The notes beneath the pieces are model-generated. The model saw nothing but the letters and a program-made list of their open reading frames with translations. It had not been told where the DNA came from and made no database searches. Below are positions 16,658 to 27,098 of a stretch of DNA of 42,433 nucleotides, piece after piece. Source of the stretch: Methanocella sp. (lineage in GTDB: Archaea; Thermoproteota; Bathyarchaeia; Bathyarchaeales; Bathycorpusculaceae). The position numbers were made by a program, and so were the translations under genes. Numbering within the stretch: position 1 is the first letter of the stretch; the number at the start of each line of letters is the position of its first letter. The stretch spans positions 1 through 42,433 of the forward strand of contig JBLNCY010000043.1 in NCBI GenBank assembly GCA_050261115.1, in the 5' to 3' direction.

Positions 16658-18488
16658 CCTAAAAATAACCAAAATCGACCTCCTCACCATGGTCTTACTA
16701 TCTGTTCTCTTCTTCAGCATAGCAGTCTATAACGTAGGCGAAGCAGACTACCCAACAAACCGATGGGAAACCACCACCAACGCAGTGTTCTATGTTGATT
16801 TAGGCTCAAGCCATCAGGTGGAAACGGTGTACTTCTTTGTCAGGCAGGGTAACGCTACTGTGGATATAGCATCGGGTGTACCAGGCAACTGGGGCTATCT
16901 TAGAACCGAAGGCTTTGCGAGTGACGACCGGGACTTTTACAAGTTTTATACCTATGACATTAACGTGCAGACACAGTACCTGTGGTTCAACATAACTGCC
17001 ATGAAGTATGACTCTAGGCCGCAATTCTACTGGGTCGTCGCTAACCCAACCGATAAAGAACCCGCCCCCTACGTCGCAGTAACAGAGATCGGCTTAATCG
17101 GTCCAGACAAACAGCAAATCCCCATACAAGCCATAACCGGCATTAATAACACCGACCCATCCATAACCAACCTAATCGACGAGCAGGACTCGCTTCAGCT
17201 ACCGGCCGATTACCGCTCAAAAATGTATTTTGACGAAATCTACTTCGCACGCAGCGCCATAGAATTCAAAAACGGCCAAATCCCCGTTGAACGCACACAT
17301 CCTCCGCTAGGTAAACTAGTCCAATCCATAGGCGTGGCGGCTTTTGGGGAGACGCCGTTTGGCTGGCGCATCATGGGCGTCCTCTTTGCCACTCTCATGG
17401 TGCCGTTGATGTTTTTGATTGGCAAGAAGCTGTTTGGCACCTGGATCGGGGGCTTCTCAGCGGCATTCCTGCTCAGCTTCGACTTCATGCACTTCACCAT
17501 GGCCCGCATCGGCACCGTAGACACCTACATGATCTTCTTTACGCTACTCTCTCAGTTCCTGTTCCTAATTTACTTCGCAAGGGTGCTTAAGCAGGGCTGG
17601 AATAAGGCTTCTGTTCTGCCACTTGTTCTGGCCGTGGTTGCTTTCTCCGCTGCGTTTGCAACTAAATTTGGGTTCCCCCTCTTTAGCGCCCTAGGCTTGC
17701 TTTCACTCTTGGTGGCGCTGCGGCTACGCGACGTGGTGAACCTCAAGGGTAGCTTAAGCGAGAAGTATGTTGCATTCTTTGACAAGCCCGCCATGCTGCT
17801 CATTGCCTGCATCGGGTTAGTGGCAGCCATCTACTTCGCAGCCTACATCCCCGAGATGCTCCTGGGCAACTCGCCATTGCAGGTGCTGGATTTGCAGAAC
17901 GCCATGTTTGGCTTCCACTCGGGAACCGTGACGGATTCTGCTTCTTCACCTTGGTGGTCTTGGCCCTTTATGTTCCGACCCGACGGCGCCTCGGTGCCCC
18001 GATGGTTTGATGTCACCCGCGGATTAGACGGTGGTATGGTTTCCACCATCAGCGTGTTTAGTAACCCCGCGGTGGCATGGGTTGGGTTTGCTTCCATTGT
18101 AGCGTTAGCGGTTTATGCGTTCCATGTGCCCCAGATAATCACAAACATCCGACAAAAAATCCCAGTTGAGACGGCGCTTAGGGGCTGGGATGCTTCAGCG
18201 CTCTTTATTGTGGTTGTGTTTGGCTTTGCTTGGTTACCCTACGTCTTTATCGGCCGCGCAGCTTACATCTATCACTACTACAGCGCCATCCCCATGCTAT
18301 GCCTCGCCATAACCTACTTCATCAACAAGTACTGGAATAAACCCATAGGCAAAGCCGCCGCGATCGCACTGTTTGCCGCCGCGGTTGGGTTATTTGTGCT
18401 GTTCTATCCGGTGATTTCCGGCGCGCCCGCCTCAACAGAGAGCATAACAGATTTGATGTGGTTTAAGAGTTGGCGATTTCTAGGATGA
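16650..18488 (+). CDS. Dolichyl-phosphate-mannose:protein mannosyltransferase-like (PMT/GT39)
   Basis: YFDEIYF, THPPLGK, PFGWR, FTMARIGTVD, SPWWSWP, YIYHY; start probably GTG 16650. Confidence 0.85.
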   Translation: MFDLKITKIDLLTMVLLSVLFFSIAVYNVGEADYPTNRWETTTNAVFYVDLGSSHQVETVYFFVRQGNATVDIASGVPGNWGYLRTEGFASDDRDFYKFYTYDINVQTQYLWFNITAMKYDSRPQFYWVVANPTDKEPAPYVAVTEIGLIGPDKQQIPIQAITGINNTDPSITNLIDEQDSLQLPADYRSKMYFDEIYFARSAIEFKNGQIPVERTHPPLGKLVQSIGVAAFGETPFGWRIMGVLFATLMVPLMFLIGKKLFGTWIGGFSAAFLLSFDFMHFTMARIGTVDTYMIFFTLLSQFLFLIYFARVLKQGWNKASVLPLVLAVVAFSAAFATKFGFPLFSALGLLSLLVALRLRDVVNLKGSLSEKYVAFFDKPAMLLIACIGLVAAIYFAAYIPEMLLGNSPLQVLDLQNAMFGFHSGTVTDSASSPWWSWPFMFRPDGASVPRWFDVTRGLDGGMVSTISVFSNPAVAWVGFASIVALAVYAFHVPQIITNIRQKIPVETALRGWDASALFIVVVFGFAWLPYVFIGRAAYIYHYYSAIPMLCLAITYFINKYWNKPIGKAAAIALFAAAVGLFVLFYPVISGAPASTESITDLMWFKSWRFLG

Positions 18489-19228
18489 CTAAGCCAAATC
18501 AAGCTGGCGCCGTCGCGGTTTCAGTGGTGCTACCCGCCTACAACGAAGTAGACTACTTGACGCCCGCTGTAGAAAAAACCATCGAAGCCCTAAACGGCTT
18601 CACCGACTCCTATGAAATCATCATAGCCGAGGACGGCAGCACAGATGGTACTGCAGAGCATTCTGGTCAGCTTGCCGCCCAATACCCATGCGTCCGCCAC
18701 ATCCACCGCGAAGCACGCCTTGGCCGAGGAACAGCGCTCAACAACGCTTTTCGGCAGAGCCGCGGCGAAGTGCTTGTTTACATGGATTTGGATTTAGCTA
18801 CGGACTTAAAGTATCTGCAGCCCCTTATCGAGGCTATATCGGTTGAGGGCTATGATTTCGCGACCGGTTCACGTATGCTGCCCACAAGCCAAGCTTCACG
18901 CACCTTCAGCAGGGGATTTAGCTCTAAAACCTACAATTTCCTTGTCCGCCATATGCTGGGCTCTAAACTCTATGATCACCAGTGTGGCTTTAAGGCGTTT
19001 AAGTGGGGGCCGCTTATGGCGTTGCTGGGTGAGGTGGAGGCGACGCATTGGTTTTGGGATACGGAAATCATGGTTCGCGCCCATCGACACGGCTACCGGA
19101 TCAAGGAGTTCGCAGTTGAGTGGCATAGCGGCAAAGATACCAAGGTTAATCTTGCTAAGGACAGCTGGAACATGTTTTGGCAGATTGTGGGGCTCTGGTG
19201 GAAACTAAAGGTTAAGCACCAAGGTTAG
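18485..19228 (+). CDS. GT2 dolichyl-phosphate hexose synthase-like glycosyltransferase
   Basis: VVLPAYNE, EDGSTDGT, YMDLD, GSR, DHQCGFKAF, WFWDTE. Confidence 0.9.
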   Translation: MTKPNQAGAVAVSVVLPAYNEVDYLTPAVEKTIEALNGFTDSYEIIIAEDGSTDGTAEHSGQLAAQYPCVRHIHREARLGRGTALNNAFRQSRGEVLVYMDLDLATDLKYLQPLIEAISVEGYDFATGSRMLPTSQASRTFSRGFSSKTYNFLVRHMLGSKLYDHQCGFKAFKWGPLMALLGEVEATHWFWDTEIMVRAHRHGYRIKEFAVEWHSGKDTKVNLAKDSWNMFWQIVGLWWKLKVKHQG

Positions 19229-19755
19229 AGTCGCTGGGCCAGCAGGACAAACGCTCGGGCAAGCAGAGCTAAGCCAAAGACCAGGACCATGCCTGCCCAG
19301 AACACAAACCATTCTCCCGCGATAGTCATGTTTACTAGGTAGGTTATTATGAGGTAGCTTGCGCCCAGCCAGAAAACAATGTTTTCTATGGTTTCGGCTT
19401 TGCGTTGTACAGGCGAATTCAGCATCACTCGCAAAATCAGTATGAAGATTTCGATTATGCCTACTGCTAGGGTGAAGCCGAAGGCGGCTAAGTATAGGGG
19501 TTGGTGAGTTGCGGGGTTGGATGGGGCAGGTAACGCTACGCCGCCGGTGCCTGGCACAGGCGCCAACGTGAGGGAAGTGAAGAACCGTACGATTTCATCC
19601 CAGAGGTTTACTGGCAAGCTCGCTATGAAAATGACCGCTAGGATGATTAGTATTGAGCCGATATAAATAGCGGACAACAGGTTCTCTTTCTTTTTCTCGG
19701 TTAACCCGTGACCGAACCGAGGCAGTTTCAAGCCGTTTTCTCCTATCAAAATCAC
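19225..19755 (-). CDS. Hypothetical membrane protein
   Basis: Four hydrophobic helices. Confidence 0.7.
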   Translation of the reverse strand: MILIGENGLKLPRFGHGLTEKKKENLLSAIYIGSILIILAVIFIASLPVNLWDEIVRFFTSLTLAPVPGTGGVALPAPSNPATHQPLYLAAFGFTLAVGIIEIFILILRVMLNSPVQRKAETIENIVFWLGASYLIITYLVNMTIAGEWFVFWAGMVLVFGLALLARAFVLLAQRL

Positions 19756-19848
19756 TGTAAAGAGGCTAGATATATGTTTCTATAGCTGGGGGTATATGCA
19801 TGTTTTAAATATGAAAAGCGGATTACTCATACTTGGGTCGTTACTGTA

Positions 19849-20238
19849 ATGTCTTATTGTCCTAAATGTGGCAACAAAGTGGATGATACCATGGCGTTTT
19901 GCCCCCGATGCGGCGCCTCACTAAGAGGGGTGCCTCCGCCAGCGGCTGCCCCCACGTATGGCAGAAGTGAGAAGGCTGAGAAGAACGAGAAAAACGAAAA
20001 AGACCAGCGGGAAAGCCGTGAAAAGCAAGAAAAGGGCGAACGCGGGTTTTTGGGCTACTTAATCGGTGGCTTAATCCTCATCTCGCTGGGGTTATTCTCG
20101 GTTCTGCAGCTTAGCGGCGCCCTACCGGATACTGGACAGAACTGGGCAGTCATGCTGCTCATAATCGGGATCATTATCATTATTGGGGCAGTCTATGTTG
20201 CATTAACCGCAAAAAGGCACTCGCCAATGCCCCGCTAA
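19849..20238 (+). CDS. Zinc-ribbon membrane protein
   Basis: YCPKCG...FCPRCG, EK-rich linker, two TMs. Confidence 0.8.
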   Translation: MSYCPKCGNKVDDTMAFCPRCGASLRGVPPPAAAPTYGRSEKAEKNEKNEKDQRESREKQEKGERGFLGYLIGGLILISLGLFSVLQLSGALPDTGQNWAVMLLIIGIIIIIGAVYVALTAKRHSPMPR

Positions 20239-21386
20239 AGGAACCTGCCCAAAAACAAGCGATATAACCGATGCTCGAGCACGGTTAAAAAGTTGTTTCG
20301 GCCAAAGATGCGGAAATAGTTTTTCCCCGCCGCCTCGATTAAGTCTCCCATGTCATAGCGTGGCAGCATACAGGAGGAGATGATAAGTCTGCCCCATTCG
20401 CCCCGTTGGAGTTCATGGAGCATTTTTATGCCTTTCCCTGTTAGGACTTCAAAGAGGTAGGCGTCATAGTTTGGCACGATGTAGGGGTTATCGTCAAGTT
20501 GCTGCCCAAACACACCCTCCGTCGCCGTATACATCTCCACAATGGGGACATCGCCATAGTACTTTTTGAGAATCGGGCCGTACTTGAACTGGATTTTGCT
20601 TATGCTTGTGCAGAACAGCGCTTGAGGCTTCCATATATCGCGGGGAAGCACACCGTAGCGGCGCTTTAGGTACCTTGCAAAGGACAATATTACCTGAGTG
20701 ACGCCCATGGTGGCCGTAACGTTCTGGTCTTTTGCCATCTCATACACCAAGTCGAAGCGGCGTTGCCAGTCGCTGCGTTGAATACCGCTGCCTAGCCGGT
20801 CGATGTCTTCTTGGCGTGGAAGCAGGCTTACGCGGTCAAACATGGGGTTTAGGCGGGCGTAGGTGCCGCTGCTGTAGCCGTAGCTGACTTCTTGGTCGCC
20901 GACTTTCATTGTATGGACTGCCGAGGGGAAGTTGAGGTTCAGGATAACGCCTAGGAAGGCCTCGTATTGGTGGCGTTTGTAGGCATAGTTGATGATGGCT
21001 CTTGCTCCGCAGCTGTAGATTTGTTTTAGGTGGGTCTCTGTTGCGGGTAGCACTTTGCTGGTGCCGCTGGTTGAGCCTCGGGTCATAACCCAGTACTGGG
21101 CGGGTTCAGGAAGAAACGCCTTATAGTTGCCTTCTTTAACCTTTTTGAGGTATGGCTGAAGCCCCAAGTAGTTTATTATGGGAAAATTGGCTCGATATTC
21201 GGCGATGCTTCCTATTTTGGCGGCGTTGTGTGCTTGGCCATATTCGGTGACGGCATACTTTGATAGCAAATCCGTTAGCACCTGTTCCTGTGCCTTCTTG
21301 GGGTCAGCTATTGAATCATACCATGGCTTAACGTAGGGCTCTAAGATGCTGTTTATGGTATCTTGATCTGGCAGCATAGCGCTCAT
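20235..21386 (-). CDS. GH3-family (acyl-adenylate/amido synthetase-like) protein
   Basis: TEYG, FPIINY, TRGSTSGTSK P-loop, EMYTATEG, LPRYDMGDLI, IFGR. Confidence 0.8.
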   Translation of the reverse strand: MSAMLPDQDTINSILEPYVKPWYDSIADPKKAQEQVLTDLLSKYAVTEYGQAHNAAKIGSIAEYRANFPIINYLGLQPYLKKVKEGNYKAFLPEPAQYWVMTRGSTSGTSKVLPATETHLKQIYSCGARAIINYAYKRHQYEAFLGVILNLNFPSAVHTMKVGDQEVSYGYSSGTYARLNPMFDRVSLLPRQEDIDRLGSGIQRSDWQRRFDLVYEMAKDQNVTATMGVTQVILSFARYLKRRYGVLPRDIWKPQALFCTSISKIQFKYGPILKKYYGDVPIVEMYTATEGVFGQQLDDNPYIVPNYDAYLFEVLTGKGIKMLHELQRGEWGRLIISSCMLPRYDMGDLIEAAGKNYFRIFGRNNFLTVLEHRLYRLFLGRFL

Positions 21387-21458
21387 ATCATTGTTGTTGA
21401 GTTCTGCTTATATGCCTCTCTACAACTACTAGCATAATCACAAATTATAGGTGAAACG

Positions 21459-22382
21459 TTGATGGGTGACTCAGTAGAGGTAACCGCGGAGAAAATCCGC
21501 CGAATAGAAGTTCAGGGCGCAAGAAACGTAGCCATCGCAGCCATAAAAGCATTCCAAACCTTAGCCGAGCAAACCAAAGCAGAAACCAAACCCGAACTCC
21601 TCAAAGAACTCAGCGCCGCCCAAACACTGTTTGCGGAGGCACGAGCGACTGAGCCACTCATGCGCAACGCCATGCGCTACATCATAAACCAAACCCAAAA
21701 CGCCCCCACCGAACAAATAGACGCCCTCCGCCGAGTCATCATCGAGAACGCCGATAAATTCCTCAAGGACCTAGAAGCCTCCAGCCAGCGTGCAGCAGAA
21801 GTCGGCGCCAAACGCATTGGCAACGGCGCAGTCGTCTTTACCCATTGCCACAGCTCAACCGTCACCAAGATGCTGGCCAAAGCCAAAGCTGACGGTATTG
21901 ACTTTCGCGTAATCTGCACCGAAACCCGACCCGCCTATCAAGGCAGAATCACCGCCAAAGAACTCGTCAACTTAGGCATCGACACTACCTTTATCGTTGA
22001 CTCCGCCGCCCGCACCTTCATGAGTGACGTGGACGTCGCCTTTGTCGGCGCCGACGCTATCACATCGGAGGGTAACGTGGTTAACAAGATAGGTACAAGC
22101 GGCATAGCGGTCATCGCCAGCGAGGCGCGGGTTCCCTTCTATGTGGTGTCGGAGCTGCTCAAATTCAACCCTGAAACCCTGCATGGCGGCTGTGAACAGA
22201 TAGAGCAGCGCAATCCCGCCGAAGTCTGGGCAGAAGCGCCGCCACAGCTCAAAGTCAAAAACCCCGCCTTTGATGTCACTCCAAACCGCTACATCCACGG
22301 CATCATATGTGAAGAAGGCATAATCCCGCCCCAGATGGTGCTTGAAATCATGCGGAAACGGTACCCCTGGGTCTTCCAATAG
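21459..22382 (+). CDS. Ribose-1,5-bisphosphate isomerase (eIF-2B-like family)
   Basis: VQGARNVA, RATEP, THCHSSTV, TETRP, GADAI, NKIGT, NPAFDVTP. Confidence 0.85.
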   Translation: MMGDSVEVTAEKIRRIEVQGARNVAIAAIKAFQTLAEQTKAETKPELLKELSAAQTLFAEARATEPLMRNAMRYIINQTQNAPTEQIDALRRVIIENADKFLKDLEASSQRAAEVGAKRIGNGAVVFTHCHSSTVTKMLAKAKADGIDFRVICTETRPAYQGRITAKELVNLGIDTTFIVDSAARTFMSDVDVAFVGADAITSEGNVVNKIGTSGIAVIASEARVPFYVVSELLKFNPETLHGGCEQIEQRNPAEVWAEAPPQLKVKNPAFDVTPNRYIHGIICEEGIIPPQMVLEIMRKRYPWVFQ

Positions 22383-23406
22383 CTTGCCTTTTTAAAACTA
22401 CAACGATAAAGCTGGCAATTATTACCATAAGCAGGGACGCTATTGTAATTTCTGGCACTGAAGGGCCTGGGCTACCATCTGGCGCTTGACTTGGGTGAGG
22501 TGTCGATAGCGATGTGTCGTATGGTTTATAGAGTGGGTACCGGTCAACAAGATTCAATCTCTCGGATATAACGTAGGTTGTATCCCAGATGCCTGTATCG
22601 TCAATCACTGATGCGTTTCCATACTTTGAGGCGAAGTCATGCCAATAGTTGCCGCCTGAAGGGAAGCCATTATCCCACGGCTCAACATCGCCTACGCCTG
22701 CCATTCCGAATAGGTATGATTGGCCTTTGCTCGGCAGCAAAGTGTCAAAGAAATTGTTATGGAAAACTCGAATGTCACTTTCGCTGTCGATGCTTACAAA
22801 TGAGGTTGTTTCACCGTCGAATCTGAACTCGTTAGCTTCTATCGTTATGTTTGTGCTGTTGCTAATCCAGAAAGCGCTTCCATACCTTCGAGTCTGGAAG
22901 TCATTTCCGTAAACCCATACGTCGGATCCCTTTATTCTGACGTAGCTTAGATGTTGGTTTTGAGAGATTCCATAGTTGTTGCCGTAGACTGCGATGTCAT
23001 AATAATTGCCATTGAAACTGTTGCCTGCTATCGTGTTGTTATCATAGATACCGAGGACGCCGACTTGCCAACCACAAATGAGGAAGTTCCTAACGGTTGA
23101 GCCTGTGCAGGTTAAGTTTATGGCCGCTTGTCCATTATCTTGTCCTGTGCCTTGACTGATAAACCCCTGACCATCAAGCACAAGGTTATCCCTCTCAATC
23201 ACTATGGTCGTCGCACTAAGGTTGGCGGTTAGCTTGTAGACGTTGTCCGTCTGCGCTATTGGGGCAAAAGAAGGTTCTATGCTTCCGTCAGGTAAAATGT
23301 AGATAAACGCGTCCAAGCTGGTCTGCCCAGCCAATGTTGAGGATTGAGTAAGGCAGAATAGGGCTGCCAAGAGCAAACCCGTTAATGCGAGTGGTTCTTT
23401 TTTCAT
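22348..23406 (-). CDS. Secreted NosD-like beta-helix protein with C-terminal TM anchor
   Basis: IYILPDGSIEP, LDGQG, WDNG..GGNYWHD, DRYPL; VPE plus TM plus KR sorting-signal-like tail. Confidence 0.8.
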   Translation of the reverse strand: MKKEPLALTGLLLAALFCLTQSSTLAGQTSLDAFIYILPDGSIEPSFAPIAQTDNVYKLTANLSATTIVIERDNLVLDGQGFISQGTGQDNGQAAINLTCTGSTVRNFLICGWQVGVLGIYDNNTIAGNSFNGNYYDIAVYGNNYGISQNQHLSYVRIKGSDVWVYGNDFQTRRYGSAFWISNSTNITIEANEFRFDGETTSFVSIDSESDIRVFHNNFFDTLLPSKGQSYLFGMAGVGDVEPWDNGFPSGGNYWHDFASKYGNASVIDDTGIWDTTYVISERLNLVDRYPLYKPYDTSLSTPHPSQAPDGSPGPSVPEITIASLLMVIIASFIVVVLKRQAIGRPRGTVSA

Positions 23407-23498
23407 TCCCTCATCACTCGATTTATCCGCTTCTGGATGCTATTACTCTACCTTAGGAACAATTTGTTCCAAAACTGGAACACAAAGCTCGTGATGAA

Positions 23499-23957
23499 AT
23501 GACCGCTAACACTAAGAAACCGAAACCGGAAATGGATGTCAATTTCTGCATAAACTGGCAAGGCGATCGAAAAGCTAAGCACTGCCGAAGGTGCGCAGTT
23601 GAGGGGACAGCCTGCTTTGAACTTTGGAAAGCGGTCCAAGCATTAGCCGCTAGAAACCTCGTTCTCGTCAACTTCAAGCAGGGACACCGCTATCAGCTTG
23701 AGCCACCCAAGAGAAATCCGATGCTCTGCTACTTGCAGACGTTGCAGGGTAAGCATGCGCATTTCGGGTTGCCTATTGAGGACTTTTTGTATGTGGCTAA
23801 GACGGGGTTGGGTGGGATGTATGAGACGCCATCTGGAACTAAGCAGCAGCCGTTTGTAGGCTTGATTATGGAGCAAATAGCAAGCGACCCTCATATACGA
23901 AACGGAGCTGCACTTGTCAGGGCTGTACATGCAATCCCCAAAAAGGATAAAATTTGA
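23499..23957 (+). CDS. Hypothetical Cys-containing protein
   Basis: 152-aa ORF with N-terminal C...CxxC...C. Confidence 0.6.
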   Translation: MTANTKKPKPEMDVNFCINWQGDRKAKHCRRCAVEGTACFELWKAVQALAARNLVLVNFKQGHRYQLEPPKRNPMLCYLQTLQGKHAHFGLPIEDFLYVAKTGLGGMYETPSGTKQQPFVGLIMEQIASDPHIRNGAALVRAVHAIPKKDKI

Positions 23958-24105
23958 GTTTTTGTCCAATATGGCTCCAATTCTGCACCTTGATTTTAGA
24001 CAAGCGATAAAAAGGGTATGTTGTTTCTTGTGAATTTTTTCAGAACTTCATCAGAACTTATTTAACACCCCATGGCTGCACTGTTGAGCTACTACTTTAA
24101 GAGAG

Positions 24106-24303
24106 GTGACTGGCATGAAATTCGGAATCAACAAGAAGTACCGACTAAAACAGGACTACACAGATGCCGTGTTAGGCAAGATTCCTTCTGGTATGACTTT
24201 TACTTTTATCTCCTGTACCGGTGGGAATTGTAAGTTCAAGCTACCGAATGGTAAGCAGATTACTATCGCAGAAAAGTCGGCGCTTAGTATTATGCAAGAA
24301 TAA
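24106..24303 (+). CDS. Small hypothetical protein (start may be ATG 24115)
   Basis: GAGGTGA SD just before ATGAAA. Confidence 0.55.
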   Translation: MTGMKFGINKKYRLKQDYTDAVLGKIPSGMTFTFISCTGGNCKFKLPNGKQITIAEKSALSIMQE

Positions 24304-24483
24304 ACGTGTGCATGCCACACTTCTAATTGTTCGCATCCCTCTTTTTCCATCCCCACGCCCTCACACTCACCAGAACGGGTGAGAACCCTATTCTCGAACA
24401 ATCAAGCATCCGATTAACCCTTAAACGGCATTACATAAGAGGTAGAGACATAGCAGGGCAAATACGCCGCTACCGCGTGGCGT

Positions 24484-24639
24484 AGTTTCTGTTTGAGCAA
24501 TTGTGTAGCCAACAATTAATCCCCTGTAACCACACAGCCACCAACTTTGGAAACCAACACACACCCAGACATGCACCGCCGCCGTCTGCGGTTGCTGAGT
24601 CTATATATAAAAGAGGGGGCCCCAGTGAGAGCAACAGAC
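24484..24639 (-). repeat. 156-bp dispersed repeat, copy 1
   Basis: Reverse complement matches 34171-34326 in conserved 5' and 3' blocks. Confidence 0.85.
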
Positions 24640-24646
24640 GCGCAAC

Positions 24647-26434
24647 CTAAGGGGGGGCTTCGCCGATTTTTTTAAGCTGCGCATTATACATCTCCACAAT
24701 CTCCGCGGAAGAGGTGGCGTCTTGTGGGCTTTTGTCCTCGCGATATTTGCCAGTGAATCGCGGGAAACGGATTGCTAGGCCACTGCCTTTACGGATAGAA
24801 TCCATCGCTGCGGTATGAATGGGGCTTAAGGTGACTTCTGCACCCAAAATCTCTAACACCACAGCCGGCTCAAACCAGACGTCTGCTTCTAGAGTGGATT
24901 TTACGCGGCTGTTCTTGCGTGGCACTACATGCTTCTGGAGCATGCTGTGAAGTTTTGTGAGGTCTTCGTCGGTGAAGCCTGTGCCGCATTTAGTTACCGT
25001 CTCAAAAGTATCCTCCTCAGGGTTGTAGGTTGCCAAGAGCAGAGCGCCGTAGGTGCCTACCCGTTTGCCTCTGCCATGAAACGCGCCCACCACAACTAGG
25101 TCGACGGTGTCAGTCATTTCGCTACGGTAGTCACGTTTGAATTTTATCCAGAGCCATCCGCGGTTACCTGCTTGGTAGACGGATTCTTTACCGATGGATT
25201 TGCACATTATTCCTTCGCAGCCTTCTTCTATGGCTTCTTCAAAGAAGTCTTCCAGCGCCTTGGGGTTGGTGATGAGTTTTTGGGCTGCGGTTTTTAGGCG
25301 ATCGTTTGGTTTTATGATGGCTTCCAGTCTTTTGCGCCGCAGGGGCAGGGGCTGCTGGGTCAGGTCTTCGCCGTCAACATATAGAAGGTCGAAGCTGAAC
25401 AGCGAAATAGGGTATTGGTTTATTGCTGCCTCGACGCCGTATTTGCGTCGGCGATGCATCAGCTCCTGGAAAGGCCGCATATCTCCAGATTCGAGGTCCA
25501 TGGCAACGCATTCCGCTTCAAGAATCGCTTCCTTGGCGTTTAGTTGCGCGCGAATTAAGTTTGTGGCGTCTGGGTACTGGCTGGAAATGTTCTCTAGGCG
25601 CCTAGAGTAAAGGACCACTTTATCGCCGCTCTTATGCGCTTGCACACGTTCACCGTCATACTTGTATTCCGCCACGCATTTGCCGCCGAACTTTTCTAAA
25701 ATCTCCTCTGGCACGCCTAGTCGCTCTGCAAGCATGGGGCGGATGGGCTCAAAAACCATAACCTGAAACTCTTCTATACCCGAAATCCCCTTCTCGGCAA
25801 CAACCGTTGCCACCCGACCTAAATCAGAGGATATGTTGTATGCACGCTCGATTTTCTCACGGGTTTCTTTGCCGCCGCCGTACGCGATGGCTAAGGCATC
25901 AAGCACAGTCATATCCGCAATGCCCAGACGCAGGTTGCCAGTAACAGTTCGGATTAGCCACTTGGCTTCTTTGGGTGAAGCGTCAGTGAGAAGGCTGGAT
26001 AGAAGCGCCATCTTTGTATCGACCGCGCCGCTGCCTGAGGTCTTTGCCAGCTTATCCAGCGTTTCATAGACTCGCTCGACAGTGAGTTTTTTGCTAAAAA
26101 ACGTGGATTGCTTGCGCTGCTTGAGCTGTTTCTCTGCGGTTTCACCGATGTCGCCGCTCTTCTGCAGTTCTCTTTGGATCACATTTTCGCTTCCGCCCGT
26201 CGCGCGAGTGAGCGCTTTTATGGCAAGCTTCTCGGCAACACCCATCTCGATGCCAACAAAGTCAGGATAGAGTTTGCCCTGCGTGAGGTACACGACGCGT
26301 GCGATGACTTCTTTTGGAGTATTTTTAAGCAGCTCAACTAGGTGGCTGGTCATTTCTAGACGTTTGGTTGTGGCTTCGATTTTCTCATAGGAGCCAACGA
26401 TTTCGGCGTAATCCATCGTACTCTTCTCAAGCAA
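24647..26434 (-). CDS. lig: ATP-dependent DNA ligase
   Basis: EYKYDGERVQ, EGIMCK, WIKFKRDY, DLVVVGA, IRFPRF. Confidence 0.97.
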   Translation of the reverse strand: MLEKSTMDYAEIVGSYEKIEATTKRLEMTSHLVELLKNTPKEVIARVVYLTQGKLYPDFVGIEMGVAEKLAIKALTRATGGSENVIQRELQKSGDIGETAEKQLKQRKQSTFFSKKLTVERVYETLDKLAKTSGSGAVDTKMALLSSLLTDASPKEAKWLIRTVTGNLRLGIADMTVLDALAIAYGGGKETREKIERAYNISSDLGRVATVVAEKGISGIEEFQVMVFEPIRPMLAERLGVPEEILEKFGGKCVAEYKYDGERVQAHKSGDKVVLYSRRLENISSQYPDATNLIRAQLNAKEAILEAECVAMDLESGDMRPFQELMHRRRKYGVEAAINQYPISLFSFDLLYVDGEDLTQQPLPLRRKRLEAIIKPNDRLKTAAQKLITNPKALEDFFEEAIEEGCEGIMCKSIGKESVYQAGNRGWLWIKFKRDYRSEMTDTVDLVVVGAFHGRGKRVGTYGALLLATYNPEEDTFETVTKCGTGFTDEDLTKLHSMLQKHVVPRKNSRVKSTLEADVWFEPAVVLEILGAEVTLSPIHTAAMDSIRKGSGLAIRFPRFTGKYREDKSPQDATSSAEIVEMYNAQLKKIGEAPP

Positions 26435-26481
26435 TAGCTACATACAAAGAATATATTAACTCTTAACATCTAAATGCAATC

Positions 26482-26892
26482 ATGAAACCCATAGTTGTTT
26501 ACTTCTCCCGCACAGGAAACACCAAACGCCTAGCCCAAGCGATTGCCGAAGCCACAAACGCACCCATATACGACACTGCACAAGCAGACCCAGAAAAAAT
26601 AGCCCAATACGATCTCTTCATATTCGGTTGCCCAGTTGAGGGTGCAAGCCCAGCTAAAGAAGCCGCAGAATACATAGCTGCCTTACCAGCTGCGTCCAGC
26701 AAAAAAGCCATACTATTCACAACCTACCGATTGTTTGGTAACGAACGCACCATGAAAGCTATCGAAAAAGACCTCGCCGCAAAAGGCTATGAGACCCTTC
26801 TAAAGGTTTCTAAGAAGGGCATGAAACCAGAGGAGCCGGCTGATTTCTCTAAGGTGCTTTCAGAAGTAAACCAGACTCTACAAAAAATATAA
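26482..26892 (+). CDS. Flavodoxin-like protein
   Basis: VVYFSRTGNTKRLA FMN-binding loop. Confidence 0.85.
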   Translation: MKPIVVYFSRTGNTKRLAQAIAEATNAPIYDTAQADPEKIAQYDLFIFGCPVEGASPAKEAAEYIAALPAASSKKAILFTTYRLFGNERTMKAIEKDLAAKGYETLLKVSKKGMKPEEPADFSKVLSEVNQTLQKI

Positions 26893-26935
26893 GAAACCAA
26901 GAATAGAACGGCAAAACGCGTCTACATTGATGGGT

Positions 26936-27061
26936 TTATTGGCCGTCGATTAGGTGGACAGTTCCGTCTGGACAGTATACTTTGTCATAAACTTCAGTGA
27001 CAGTATACCGTTTGCTGCATGCTCTCATTTCAGAGCATCCGTCGCAATCTCGCGATAACAT
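26936..27061 (-). CDS. 41-aa Cys-rich small protein
   Basis: AAGGAGG SD; MLSRDCDGCSEMRAC...VYCPDGTVH. Confidence 0.65.
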   Translation of the reverse strand: MLSRDCDGCSEMRACSKRYTVTEVYDKVYCPDGTVHLIDGQ

Positions 27062-27098
27062 TTGCTGTTTTTCCTCCTTGATACAGTGACTTCTATAG

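Noticed and set aside
24484-24639. Integron attC site or classical MITE as the identity of the 156-bp repeat
   Set aside because: No clear RYYYAAC/GTTRRRY ends with full-length dyad symmetry, no tandem cassette array, and no convincing terminal inverted repeats or target-site duplication.
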